Below are positions 39,969-48,812 of a stretch of DNA of 51,487 nucleotides, piece after piece. Position numbers and translations under genes: made by a program. Below the pieces are notes generated by a model. That model made no database searches. It saw only the letters and a program-made list of their open reading frames with translations, and was not told the DNA's origin. This DNA comes from an uncultured Clostridia bacterium (lineage in GTDB: Bacteria; Bacillota; Clostridia; Christensenellales; CALMFG01), in NCBI GenBank assembly GCA_937863465.1, contig CALMFG010000112.1:1-51487 (forward strand), written 5' to 3'. The stretch's first letter is position 1. The number at the start of each line of letters is the position of its first letter.

Positions 39969-40334
39969 ATGTTTGGGAACCAGGATGCGTTGAACAGAAG
40001 CTATTCTTTAAAGAAAAATAAATCTTTTCGGTATGTTTACCGGCGCGGGAAAAACATCGTGCACGACAGTCTTTCTATCTGTTATGTGATGAAAAAAACG
40101 CCGGGGCTGAATGTGGGTTTCTCGGTTTCTAAAAAAATCGGCAAAGCGGTGGTGCGCAATCGCGTCAAACGACGGATGAAAGAAGCGTTCCGCCAGTACC
40201 TGGACGATATCAAGCCCAATGCGCTGATTATCATCGTGGCGCGTCCGGGGATTGAGGAAAAGGACTTTACAGGGGTAAAGAAAAACATCGAACGAATCCT
40301 GCAGAAAGCCAAACTCTTTAAAGAGGAAAGTTAA
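39969..40334 (+). CDS. rnpA: Ribonuclease P protein component
   Basis: [15 protein letters not shown]....L....., [16 protein letters not shown] (RNR motif). The start codon is uncertain: ATG 39969 is chosen, and the ORF-track TTG 39912 gives an atypically long N-terminus. Confidence 0.85.
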   Translation: MFGNQDALNRSYSLKKNKSFRYVYRRGKNIVHDSLSICYVMKKTPGLNVGFSVSKKIGKAVVRNRVKRRMKEAFRQYLDDIKPNALIIIVARPGIEEKDFTGVKKNIERILQKAKLFKEES

Positions 40335-40344
40335 AACGGCAGCG

Positions 40345-40572
40345 ATGAAGAAAGTTCTGATTTTTCTGATTGATTTTTATAAAAAAGCCATTTCCCCGTA
40401 TTTGCGGCCGGCCTGCCGGTTTACGCCGACATGCTCGGAGTACGCCAAAGAGGCGATATTGACGCACGGGGCGTTTAAAGGCTTTTTTCTGGGGTTTTAC
40501 CGTGTCCTGCGGTGCAATCCTTTCGGCAAAGGCGGATATGATCCCGTACCCCCAAAGAAGGAAAAGCGGTAA
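40345..40572 (+). CDS. yidD: Membrane protein insertion efficiency factor YidD
   Basis: [34 protein letters not shown]. Confidence 0.9.
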   Translation: MKKVLIFLIDFYKKAISPYLRPACRFTPTCSEYAKEAILTHGAFKGFFLGFYRVLRCNPFGKGGYDPVPPKKEKR

Positions 40573-40593
40573 TCACGCGAGGAGGAAAGAGAA

Positions 40594-41529
40594 TTGAATA
40601 TTCTTCAATACAACTTTATTTCAAGATTTTTTTTACTGGTCTTTAACTGGTTAAACAGCGTCTTCGGCCATTATGCAATCGCGATTATCCTCTTAACAAT
40701 CGTTATTCGTTTGGCCATGCTGCCGGCGGATATTAAACAGAAGAAAAGTTCACGTGACATGGCCAAAGTTCAGCCCGAGATGAACGAGCTGAAAAAACGC
40801 TACGCGAACGACCCGCAGATGATGCAGAAAAAACAGCAGGAGCTTTACAGAAAGCACAACATCAAGCCGATGGCCGGATGTCTGCCTTTGCTCATCACGT
40901 TTCCAATATTCTTCGCGTTTTTCGGATCATTAAAAATGCTGGCCAGCGAACAAACGCTGACCATGATCATGCAGGCACTGTCGAACGGCGTACAGAATGT
41001 GCAAATCCCCAGTTTTCTTTGGGTCAACAACCTGTGGCAGCCGGATATCGGCTATGCGCCGATTCTGCCGACCGGAAAGTATCTTTTCCGTTTTCTGGTA
41101 CAGAACGCGGACATCATCAATCCGCAGGCACTGGCCATCATGCAGGCCCAAGGCCTTCTAGACTTTACAAGCACCGGACTCAACATTCTGCCGGCCTATG
41201 ATACGCTGGTCAGCAATATCATTGCGGCCAACAATATGACGGGACATTATAACGGCTGGTTCATCCTGCCGCTGCTTTCGGGCGCGGGGCTGTTTGTTCA
41301 GCAGTGGATGACCAACAAAAGCAATCCGGCCATGGCCGAACAGCAGGGCGGCGCGATGATGATGTGGTTTATGCCGATTTTCTCAATCTGGATCTGCTGG
41401 AGTTCAAACGCGGCGTTTGCGCTTTACTGGGTGGTTTCCAACCTGTATGCTTTGGTACAGATGTACATTGTCAACAAAATACTGGATAATAAGCAGGCTC
41501 GGGCCAGTCAGGCTGTCATCAATCGATAA
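40594..41529 (+). CDS. yidC: YidC/Oxa1-family membrane protein insertase
   Basis: TTG start behind GAGGAGG; AIAIILLTIVIRLAMLP, KHNIKPMAGCLPLLITFPIFFAFF. Confidence 0.93.
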   Translation: MNILQYNFISRFFLLVFNWLNSVFGHYAIAIILLTIVIRLAMLPADIKQKKSSRDMAKVQPEMNELKKRYANDPQMMQKKQQELYRKHNIKPMAGCLPLLITFPIFFAFFGSLKMLASEQTLTMIMQALSNGVQNVQIPSFLWVNNLWQPDIGYAPILPTGKYLFRFLVQNADIINPQALAIMQAQGLLDFTSTGLNILPAYDTLVSNIIAANNMTGHYNGWFILPLLSGAGLFVQQWMTNKSNPAMAEQQGGAMMMWFMPIFSIWICWSSNAAFALYWVVSNLYALVQMYIVNKILDNKQARASQAVINR

Positions 41530-41575
41530 CGATACGAAAAGTTTTAATATGGCAGGAAGGGAGCTTATGTGACAT

Positions 41576-42187
41576 ATGGATGAAATAATTGCAAAAGGCA
41601 AGACCGTTGACGAAGCAATATCAAAGGGTTTGGATGAACTGGGTCTTTCCTTGGATGAAGTCGAAATCGAGATTCTTGAGGACGGCGGCGGCTCTTTACT
41701 GGGTTTTGGAAAAGCAAAGGTCATGCTGACCCGGAAAAAAGGTGTGACCAACAGCGCGGAGAATTTTTTAACCGAAGTGTTTGCCAAGATGGGCATCAGT
41801 GCCAATCTGAATATCGAAGAAACCGATGAGATGATTTCTATCGATATCATTGGAAACAACTTGGGCGTGCTGATTGGGCACCGCGGTGAAACGCTGGATG
41901 CGCTCCAGTATCTGACCAGTCTGGTGGTCAACAAAGGCAGCGAGGAATATAAGAGAACGCTGCTGGATACCGAGAACTATCGGCTAAAGCGGGAAACCGC
42001 ACTGGTCAAGCTGGCCAACAAGCTGGCCAAGAAAGTCATCGAAACCAACCGCAGAGTTAAACTGGAACCCATGAATCCGTATGAAAGAAGAGTGATTCAC
42101 GCAACCCTGCAGGACAACCCGAAAATTCGGACCTACAGCCAGGGGGAGGACCCCTACCGCAACGTGGTCATTGAAAAAGTACGGTAA
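41576..42187 (+). CDS. jag: Jag/KhpB RNA-binding protein (Jag_N, KH and R3H domains)
   Basis: GKTVDEAISKGLDELGLSLDEVEIEIL, GHRGETLDALQYL, and R3H motif EPMNPYERRVIHATL. Confidence 0.9.
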   Translation: MDEIIAKGKTVDEAISKGLDELGLSLDEVEIEILEDGGGSLLGFGKAKVMLTRKKGVTNSAENFLTEVFAKMGISANLNIEETDEMISIDIIGNNLGVLIGHRGETLDALQYLTSLVVNKGSEEYKRTLLDTENYRLKRETALVKLANKLAKKVIETNRRVKLEPMNPYERRVIHATLQDNPKIRTYSQGEDPYRNVVIEKVR

Positions 42188-42203
42188 AGAAGCAAAAAAA
42201 TAA

Positions 42204-42228
42204 AGAGCTGTAAAAACAGCTCTTTTTA
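42204..42228. terminator. Bidirectional intrinsic terminator (jag / telA-like, convergent)
   Basis: AGAGCTG TAAAAA CAGCTCT TTTTT, preceded by an A-run. Confidence 0.75.
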
Positions 42229-42241
42229 TTTTGCCCGAATG

Positions 42242-43327
42242 TTATTCAACCGGGTCCATATTCAGTTTGTCTTTCAGGATATCTTCCAGCTTCTCCAACT
42301 CAATCTGAGCGGCGGCGCGTTTAGCCCGGCCTTCGGCCTGAATCCGTAAGGTTTCGTCGATGGTATCGATAAGGTCTTGATTGACCTTCTGCAGGGTTTC
42401 CAGATCTACGATGCCGCGTTCGGCTTCGGCGGCGGTGCCGATGGTGTTCTCTTTCAAGAGCTCGGCGTTTTTAATCAAGAGCTCGTTGGTGGTATCGGTC
42501 ACTTCCTTCTGCAGGGTCAGCGCGGCCTGCTGGCGATACAGCGAGATGGCGATGACGATCTGGTTTTTCCACAGCGGAATGGTGTTCAAAATCGAAGACT
42601 GGATTTTTTCCACCAGCACCTGATCGTTGTGCTGAATCAGGCGAAGCTGCGGCGCGGTCTGCACGGTAATCATGCGCGAAAGCCGCAAGTCGTGGATTTT
42701 CTTCTCAAAGCGATCCACCAGCTGTTTCATATCGTTAAAGTTTTGCGCGTCCATCTGGTCGCCGCTGGCCTTGGCTTTGGCCTGCAGTTCGGGCAGAGTT
42801 TTGTCGCGTAAATCGGCCACCTTCATCTCTCCCGCCGTGATGTAGTATTCGAGGTCCTTCATGAACAGAAGATTCTTGCCATGCAGGGTGTCCAAAAGCG
42901 CGATATCGTCAATGAGTCCGGCTTTAGCGTCCTCCAGACTGCTGATGATGGCATCAATCTGTGTGCCCAGCTTCTGGTAACGCGCCATAAAGCGGTTGAA
43001 GCGGTTTTTCATATTGGCAAAGGCCTGGGACAGAAAACCCTTTTTGCCCGCGATGTCGTCCACATCCACAGCCTTGACCTTGACCATCAGATCACTTAAC
43101 ACTTCACCCACATAGCCGCTTTCACTGCTGGCGACACGCTTTAATACGCTGTCCGAGAACTCAGAGATGTCGGACTGTACGCTGACGCCGTACTGCACCA
43201 CCGCGTCCGAATCGCTGACGTTAATTCCCGCGGCAATTTCGTTCACCTTTTGTTTTTCTTCGGCCGACAGCTTGCTGTACGGCGCTATTTCAACATTCTG
43301 GTCGGCTACCACGATATCGTTATCCAT
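42242..43327 (-). CDS. TelA/YaaN-family toxic anion resistance-like protein
   Basis: 361-aa all-helical protein. The N-terminus (...LSAEEKQKVNEIAAGINVSDSDAVVQYG...) and length are typical of the TelA family. Confidence 0.82.
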   Translation of the reverse strand: MDNDIVVADQNVEIAPYSKLSAEEKQKVNEIAAGINVSDSDAVVQYGVSVQSDISEFSDSVLKRVASSESGYVGEVLSDLMVKVKAVDVDDIAGKKGFLSQAFANMKNRFNRFMARYQKLGTQIDAIISSLEDAKAGLIDDIALLDTLHGKNLLFMKDLEYYITAGEMKVADLRDKTLPELQAKAKASGDQMDAQNFNDMKQLVDRFEKKIHDLRLSRMITVQTAPQLRLIQHNDQVLVEKIQSSILNTIPLWKNQIVIAISLYRQQAALTLQKEVTDTTNELLIKNAELLKENTIGTAAEAERGIVDLETLQKVNQDLIDTIDETLRIQAEGRAKRAAAQIELEKLEDILKDKLNMDPVE

Positions 43328-43531
43328 AATTATCTCCCATCATTTTTTCGTTTATCTGCGACAATTTTATCATACGGACCGAAGTTTTACCAGCAAAGGG
43401 CTGTAAAATATGTTACAATATGACCCGCAGAACACTGAAAACATTTTGAGGAGAAAAAAGCTTTCGAAAATTTAATTTTTCCGGAAAAATACCGCGCATT
43501 TGCGGAAGGAAACGAAAAAAATCTGGCCCGT

Positions 43532-44515
43532 GTGCTCACCCAGTCGCGGGACATTTACCGTGTGCTGACCAAAGACGGCGAGAAGCTGGCCAAAGTCAGC
43601 GGCAAATTCAGCTATGAAGCCAGCGAGAATATCGATTATCCGGCGGTGGGCGATTTTGTGTTGCTCGCGGACGGCGGCGCCGACGAAGGGGTTATCCTGT
43701 CCGTTTTGCCCCGAGCCAGTCTATTTCTGCGGACGGCGGCGGGCACAGCGCACGAAGCACAGGCCGTGGCGGCTAATATTGACACCTGCTTTATCACCAT
43801 GTCCTTGAATCAGGATTTTAATGTCCGTCGGCTGGAGCGGTATCTGACCATCGCCTGGGACAGCGGCGCGGTGCCGGTGGTGGTGCTGACCAAGTCGGAT
43901 ATCGCCGATGACGCGGGGCAGCGGGTAGCCGAAGCCGAGAACGCCGCGTTGGGCGTGGATGTGGTGGTGACGTCGGCCAAACAGGGCGAAGGAATGGATG
44001 CGCTGGCGCCGTACTTAAAACCGGGCAAGACCGTGGCTTTTCTCGGGTCTTCGGGCGTAGGGAAATCCACGCTGATCAACGCCCTGCTGGGCGAAGCACG
44101 GATTAAAACGGCGGAAATCCGCGAAGACGACGACAAAGGGCGGCACACGACCACCACGCGCAATCTTATCTATTTAGAAAACGGAAGCGCGGTCATCGAC
44201 ACCCCCGGCATGCGCGAAGTGGGCATCGAAAGCGGAGACACAGGACACAGCTTTGCGGACATTGAAGCTTTGGCGACCGAATGCCGGTTTTCCGATTGTC
44301 AGCACGATACCGAACCCGGATGCGCGGTGAAGGCGGCGATAGACTCCGGCGCGCTGGACGCCAAGCGGCTGGAAAGCTACAACAAGCTGAAAGCCGAAAT
44401 GAGCTATGACGGGCTTTCGGCCCGAGAGCGCGAGACCACCAAGCTGAATCGCATGATGGCCGAGGTGGGCGGCATGAAGGGGTACCGAAGGGCCATAAAA
44501 AAAGAAAAAACGTAA
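43532..44515 (+). CDS. rsgA: Ribosome small-subunit-dependent GTPase A
   Basis: VVLTKSD, LGSSGVGKSTLINAL, DTPGMRE, and zinc knuckle CRFSDCQHDTEPGCAV. The GTG start is taken from the ORF track; the true start is uncertain (see findings). Confidence 0.88.
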   Translation: MLTQSRDIYRVLTKDGEKLAKVSGKFSYEASENIDYPAVGDFVLLADGGADEGVILSVLPRASLFLRTAAGTAHEAQAVAANIDTCFITMSLNQDFNVRRLERYLTIAWDSGAVPVVVLTKSDIADDAGQRVAEAENAALGVDVVVTSAKQGEGMDALAPYLKPGKTVAFLGSSGVGKSTLINALLGEARIKTAEIREDDDKGRHTTTTRNLIYLENGSAVIDTPGMREVGIESGDTGHSFADIEALATECRFSDCQHDTEPGCAVKAAIDSGALDAKRLESYNKLKAEMSYDGLSARERETTKLNRMMAEVGGMKGYRRAIKKEKT

Positions 44516-44524
44516 AGTCATACG

Positions 44525-44552
44525 AAAAAACCGGCAAACGCCGGTTTTATTT
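44525..44552. terminator. Bidirectional intrinsic terminator (rsgA / AKR, convergent)
   Basis: AAAAAACCGGC AAAC GCCGGTTTTATTTTT; the 3' T-tract contains the AKR stop codon. Confidence 0.7.
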
Positions 44553-45764
44553 TTGCAGTTTCTTTTGTACACGCTGGGTACCCGTCCAAAAAAGTCGGAT
44601 GATGGCGACCAGCCCTTTGATGATGGGGTTTTCCAGCTGTCTTCGAACCTTGACGAATTCCTTCCGGATTTCGATGTGCTGCGGGCAGGCTTTTTCACAG
44701 GCGCCGCAACCGATGCACTGGTTGGTCCAGGCGGGGTTTTGATTAAAGCCGGTTTCCACAGCGTAGTCATACAGCGCCATGACGTTGCCGAAAAGCGAGA
44801 GTGAGTTCAGCGCATGAAAGGCGGCGGGGATGTTGATTCCGATTGGACAGGGCATACAGTAACGGCCCCCGGTACAGCCCACCTGCAGCAGGTTGCCGTA
44901 TTCGGCTTTCACCTCATCGATGATGGCGAGCTCCTGCGGCGTTAAGGAATCGGGCGCGGATGTACTCGCCGTGTTTAAGTTCTCCAGAATATGCGCGTCC
45001 TCGTTCATGCCGCTTAAAACCACGGTGACGTTGGGGTTGTTCCAAATCCACCGAAGCGCCCAATCGGCGGGCGAACGCTGAATCGTCGCTTTTTCCCAAA
45101 TCTCCTGAACGGTTTTCGGGAGTTTCCCGACCAGAATACCGCCGCGCAAGGGTTCCATGATGACGACACCCATGCCTTTTCCAGCGGCGTAGTCAATACC
45201 CTCGGCTCCGGCCTGAAAGTGTTCGTCCAGAAGGTTGTACTGCACCTGCGTAAAATCCCACGGATAATCGTCGCAGATGGCCTTAAATTCATCAAGCGGG
45301 CCGTGGAACGAGAAACCCATGTGGGAGATTTGGCCGTTCTTCCGGATTTCGTTCATGAATTCGACGATGCCCAGCGCCTTCATGCGTGCCCAGAGGCTGC
45401 CGTTCAGCGCGTGGAGCAGGTAGAAATCGATGCGGTCGGTATAGAGGCGTTCCAGCTGTTTGTCAAAGTATTTTTGAATCTGCTCTTTTTTGGTGATGAG
45501 CATGCAGGGCAGTTTGGTCGCAATCTGCACCTTCTCGCGGTAACCGTCGGTCAGCACGTGCTCACCTAAAAAGCGCTCGGAAGCGCCCATATGGTAGATA
45601 TATGCGGTATCCAGATAGTTTAAGCCATGGTCGATGGCATAGCGAAGCTGGGCTTTGGCTTTGGGTTTGTCGATGGCGCCTGCGGCCGTTGTCGGAAGGC
45701 GCATGCAACCATATCCCAAAACGGAAAGCGGCGTTTCCGAATTCGGCATTTTTCGATAAAGCAT
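44547..45764 (-). CDS. Aldo/keto reductase with a C-terminal 4Fe-4S ferredoxin-type domain
   Basis: LGYGCMRLP, AIDHGLNYLDTAYIY, FYLLHAL. C-terminal Cys clusters CMPCP and CIGCGACEKACP. Confidence 0.85.
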   Translation of the reverse strand: MLYRKMPNSETPLSVLGYGCMRLPTTAAGAIDKPKAKAQLRYAIDHGLNYLDTAYIYHMGASERFLGEHVLTDGYREKVQIATKLPCMLITKKEQIQKYFDKQLERLYTDRIDFYLLHALNGSLWARMKALGIVEFMNEIRKNGQISHMGFSFHGPLDEFKAICDDYPWDFTQVQYNLLDEHFQAGAEGIDYAAGKGMGVVIMEPLRGGILVGKLPKTVQEIWEKATIQRSPADWALRWIWNNPNVTVVLSGMNEDAHILENLNTASTSAPDSLTPQELAIIDEVKAEYGNLLQVGCTGGRYCMPCPIGINIPAAFHALNSLSLFGNVMALYDYAVETGFNQNPAWTNQCIGCGACEKACPQHIEIRKEFVKVRRQLENPIIKGLVAIIRLFWTGTQRVQKKLQK

Positions 45765-45777
45765 GTGGTTTTTTGTC

Positions 45778-46053
45778 CTATTCGCTTTTCTCCGCGTCCT
45801 TGCTTTCCTGCTTGCTGGCCGTTTTTTTGTTTTTGCGCTGTTTTTTCACTTCAAAGAAGGAGAGCACAAGCGAAACTACCAAAAAACCGCTGGCGGCGAA
45901 AGCAAAGGGACGCGCCTGATCGAAAGGACAGACACCCGCGGGCAGGGTCATGCGGGTTGAAAGAAAACTGTAGATATAATAGACGAATAATAGCAGTCCG
46001 ATAACAAATGTGATATTGGACAAAATGTTGAAAATCCTCTTGGGTTGTTTCAT
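45778..46053 (-). CDS. Small two-TM membrane protein with a Lys-rich tail
   Basis: Two hydrophobic helices plus KKQRKNKKTASKQESKDAEKSE. Tightly packed between flanking genes on the same strand. Confidence 0.5.
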   Translation of the reverse strand: MKQPKRIFNILSNITFVIGLLLFVYYIYSFLSTRMTLPAGVCPFDQARPFAFAASGFLVVSLVLSFFEVKKQRKNKKTASKQESKDAEKSE

Positions 46054-46069
46054 TGTCTTTCCCCTCGTT

Positions 46070-46882
46070 TCATTTTAAGATCACCTTGGCTTGGTCAATC
46101 ATGTCTGCCTCGCAGGCTTCAATCGTCTGCGGGTTGGGCGCGATGATGTAAAAGCAAAGGGTGATGTTTTGATCGGGCAGTTCCGATGCATATATTCTGC
46201 CATAAACGGACGTATTTTTAAAGTCTTTTTGAATAAATAACCGTTTTGGACTGCCGTATTGGAAATAGGCGTTCTGAAAATCGGCAACATGATGCAAAGG
46301 AGACTGCGTGGTGATTTTGGCATCCACCACATCGTAAACCCGCCCGTCGATGGTGGTTTCTCCGGTTCCCGTCAGGGTATAGCCGAATTCGGGCGAAGCG
46401 CACCCCAGACTTTGGAGCACCAGAACGTTCATGTCGTATTCAAATACTTTGGCCATTTCAGCCACATCCAAAGTACCGTTGTCAAGATATCCAAAGACAT
46501 TGCCGTCATGGGATTTAATCACATACGCGCCATAAAACGCGTCGAAATAATCGCTTTTGGGATTGTAGAAAGAGGAACAGCCGACTGCGGGATTAAAAGC
46601 CCCGAAGTTGTAGAGGATGGTGAGGTCCACCGGACGGTTCACATAGGCCCCGAAGTAATCGGCGTTGAAGGTGATGACGAACGGATACCAGTCCTTTTCG
46701 GGCGTGGAAAATCCGCCGGGCAGGCGGATGCGGACACCTTCGTTTTTTAGAACCGAATCCCGCTGCTCGGCGGCCGAATAGACGCTCATGACGGCCAGCG
46801 AACGTGAAAACGGGAAGGCCAGAACAAGACCGACCAGCAGAACAAACGCGATGATGATTTTAACAAGCCGATATTTTTTCAT
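46070..46882 (-). CDS. Signal-anchored exported protein of unknown function
   Basis: Starts MKKYRLVKIIIAFVLLVGLVLA, followed by a 250-aa Tyr/Phe/Gly-rich domain. Start set at ATG 46882. No motif recognised. Confidence 0.6.
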   Translation of the reverse strand: MKKYRLVKIIIAFVLLVGLVLAFPFSRSLAVMSVYSAAEQRDSVLKNEGVRIRLPGGFSTPEKDWYPFVITFNADYFGAYVNRPVDLTILYNFGAFNPAVGCSSFYNPKSDYFDAFYGAYVIKSHDGNVFGYLDNGTLDVAEMAKVFEYDMNVLVLQSLGCASPEFGYTLTGTGETTIDGRVYDVVDAKITTQSPLHHVADFQNAYFQYGSPKRLFIQKDFKNTSVYGRIYASELPDQNITLCFYIIAPNPQTIEACEADMIDQAKVILK

Positions 46883-46949
46883 ACCCTTTCCCCGCAATAA
46901 AAAAAGACTATCCAATATCGTGGATAGTCTTAATGATATCAATTATAGG

Positions 46950-48812
46950 TTATGCGCCCTGCTCCTGCAAGTCCTCGCCCAAAAACTGCGCGTTGTACAG
47001 GTCGGCGTAGAAGCCGTTTTTGGCCATCAGCTGTTGATGGTTGCCCTGCTCCACCACTTCGCCGTCGTTCATCACCAGAATGGTGTCGGCGTTGCGGATG
47101 GTGGACAGACGGTGCGCGATGACGAAGTTCGTCCGGCCTTCCATCAGCGCAATCATGCCCTGCTGGATATAGGCCTCGGTGCGCGTATCCACGCTGGAGG
47201 TCGCTTCGTCCAGAATCAGTATCTTCGGGTCGGCCAGCAGTGCGCGCGCAATGGTGAGCAGCTGTTTTTGGCCCTGACTGATGTTGGTGGCTTCTTCGTT
47301 GAGGATGGTGTCATAGCCCTGCGGCAGCCGTCGGATAAACCGATCGGCGTGCGCCATCTGCGCGGCCTTCACCACGTCATCCTCGGTTGCGCCTTCGCGC
47401 CCATAGGCGATATTGTCGCGGATGCTGCCGTTAAACAGCCATGTGTCCTGAAGCACCATGCCGAAGTTCTTTCGTAAGTCATTGCGCGGAACATCCAGCG
47501 TGTTGGTGCCGTCCAGCAGAATCTGGCCGCTGTCCACATCGTAGAATCGCATCAAAAGGTTGACCAGCGTGGTTTTTCCCGCGCCGGTGGGGCCGACGAT
47601 GGCCACTACCTGTCCGGGTTTCACGTCCAGCTTCAATTGTTTAATGACGGTTACGTCTTTATTATATCCAAATGAGATATGGTCGAACACAACGCCGCCC
47701 TTTACCTCTTTCAATGAAACGCCGTCCTTGGCGGTAATCGCTTCCTCTTCTTCGTCCATCACCTCATAAACCCGCTCCGCCGCCGCTACGGTGGACTGCA
47801 GAACGCTGGCGATCTGCGCCACCTGTGCGATGGGCTGGGAGAAGGAACGCGAGTACTGGATAAACGCCTGAACATCGCCGATGCTGATGCGGCCGTTGAT
47901 GGCCATGACGCCGCCGATGACACAGACCAGAACATAGGCGAAGTTGTTGACCATATTCATCAGGGGCATCATGATGCCGCCCATAAACTGGGCCTTCCAG
48001 CCCACTTGATACAGCCGCTCGTTGACCTCGTCAAAGGTCTCCACCGCGTCTTTTTCCTTACCATAAGCCTGGATGACGGTATGCCCGCCAAACATCTCTT
48101 CCACGTGTCCGTTCAAAAGACCCAGCTCTTTCTGTTGGCTCTTAAAGTATTTCTGCGACCGCTTGACAACAAACTGCGTGATGACGCCGGCAATGGGCAG
48201 AATGAGCAGCGTAATTAGGGCCATCAGCCAGGAGATGCTGAACATCATCACGGCTACGCCGATGATGGTGGCGACGGCACTGATAATCTGGGTCAGCGAT
48301 TGCTGTAACGTTCCGCTGATGGTATCGATATCGTTGGTCACGCGGCTTAGGATATCGCCGTGCGAATGCCGGTCAAAAAACTTCAAGGGCAGACGATCCA
48401 GCTTGGCTTTCACATCGGTACGCATCTTATAGACAATTTTCTGCGATACATCGGCCATCAGCAGCTGCTGACCATAGTTCATCACAGCGCTGATTAAATA
48501 CAGGATGGAAACGGTGGCGAGTATGGACAGAATTTTCGAAAAATTGATACCCATTCCGCCCATCATGCCGGCAAAAATCTCGGTGGTTGCGTTGCCCAGC
48601 ATCTTCGGGCCGACGATGGCAAACACCGTGGAACCCAATGTGAGGATGACGGCAAAAATGACCGCGTATTTCTGAAAGCCGATATCTTTTATCAGCCGTT
48701 TCAAGGTGCCTTTAAAATTCTTTGCTTTTTCGGTGACCAGCGGGGCATGGCCGCCCGGGCCGCCGCCACGGGGCATGGCTGGAGTCTTCATTTTCTGATT
48801 ATTATCACTCAT
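46950..48812 (-). CDS. ABC transporter, fused permease/ATPase (type I exporter half-transporter)
   Basis: Six TM helices; Walker A GPTGAGKTT; signature ISQGQKQL; Walker B ILILDEATS. Confidence 0.93.
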   Translation of the reverse strand: MSDNNQKMKTPAMPRGGGPGGHAPLVTEKAKNFKGTLKRLIKDIGFQKYAVIFAVILTLGSTVFAIVGPKMLGNATTEIFAGMMGGMGINFSKILSILATVSILYLISAVMNYGQQLLMADVSQKIVYKMRTDVKAKLDRLPLKFFDRHSHGDILSRVTNDIDTISGTLQQSLTQIISAVATIIGVAVMMFSISWLMALITLLILPIAGVITQFVVKRSQKYFKSQQKELGLLNGHVEEMFGGHTVIQAYGKEKDAVETFDEVNERLYQVGWKAQFMGGIMMPLMNMVNNFAYVLVCVIGGVMAINGRISIGDVQAFIQYSRSFSQPIAQVAQIASVLQSTVAAAERVYEVMDEEEEAITAKDGVSLKEVKGGVVFDHISFGYNKDVTVIKQLKLDVKPGQVVAIVGPTGAGKTTLVNLLMRFYDVDSGQILLDGTNTLDVPRNDLRKNFGMVLQDTWLFNGSIRDNIAYGREGATEDDVVKAAQMAHADRFIRRLPQGYDTILNEEATNISQGQKQLLTIARALLADPKILILDEATSSVDTRTEAYIQQGMIALMEGRTNFVIAHRLSTIRNADTILVMNDGEVVEQGNHQQLMAKNGFYADLYNAQFLGEDLQEQGA

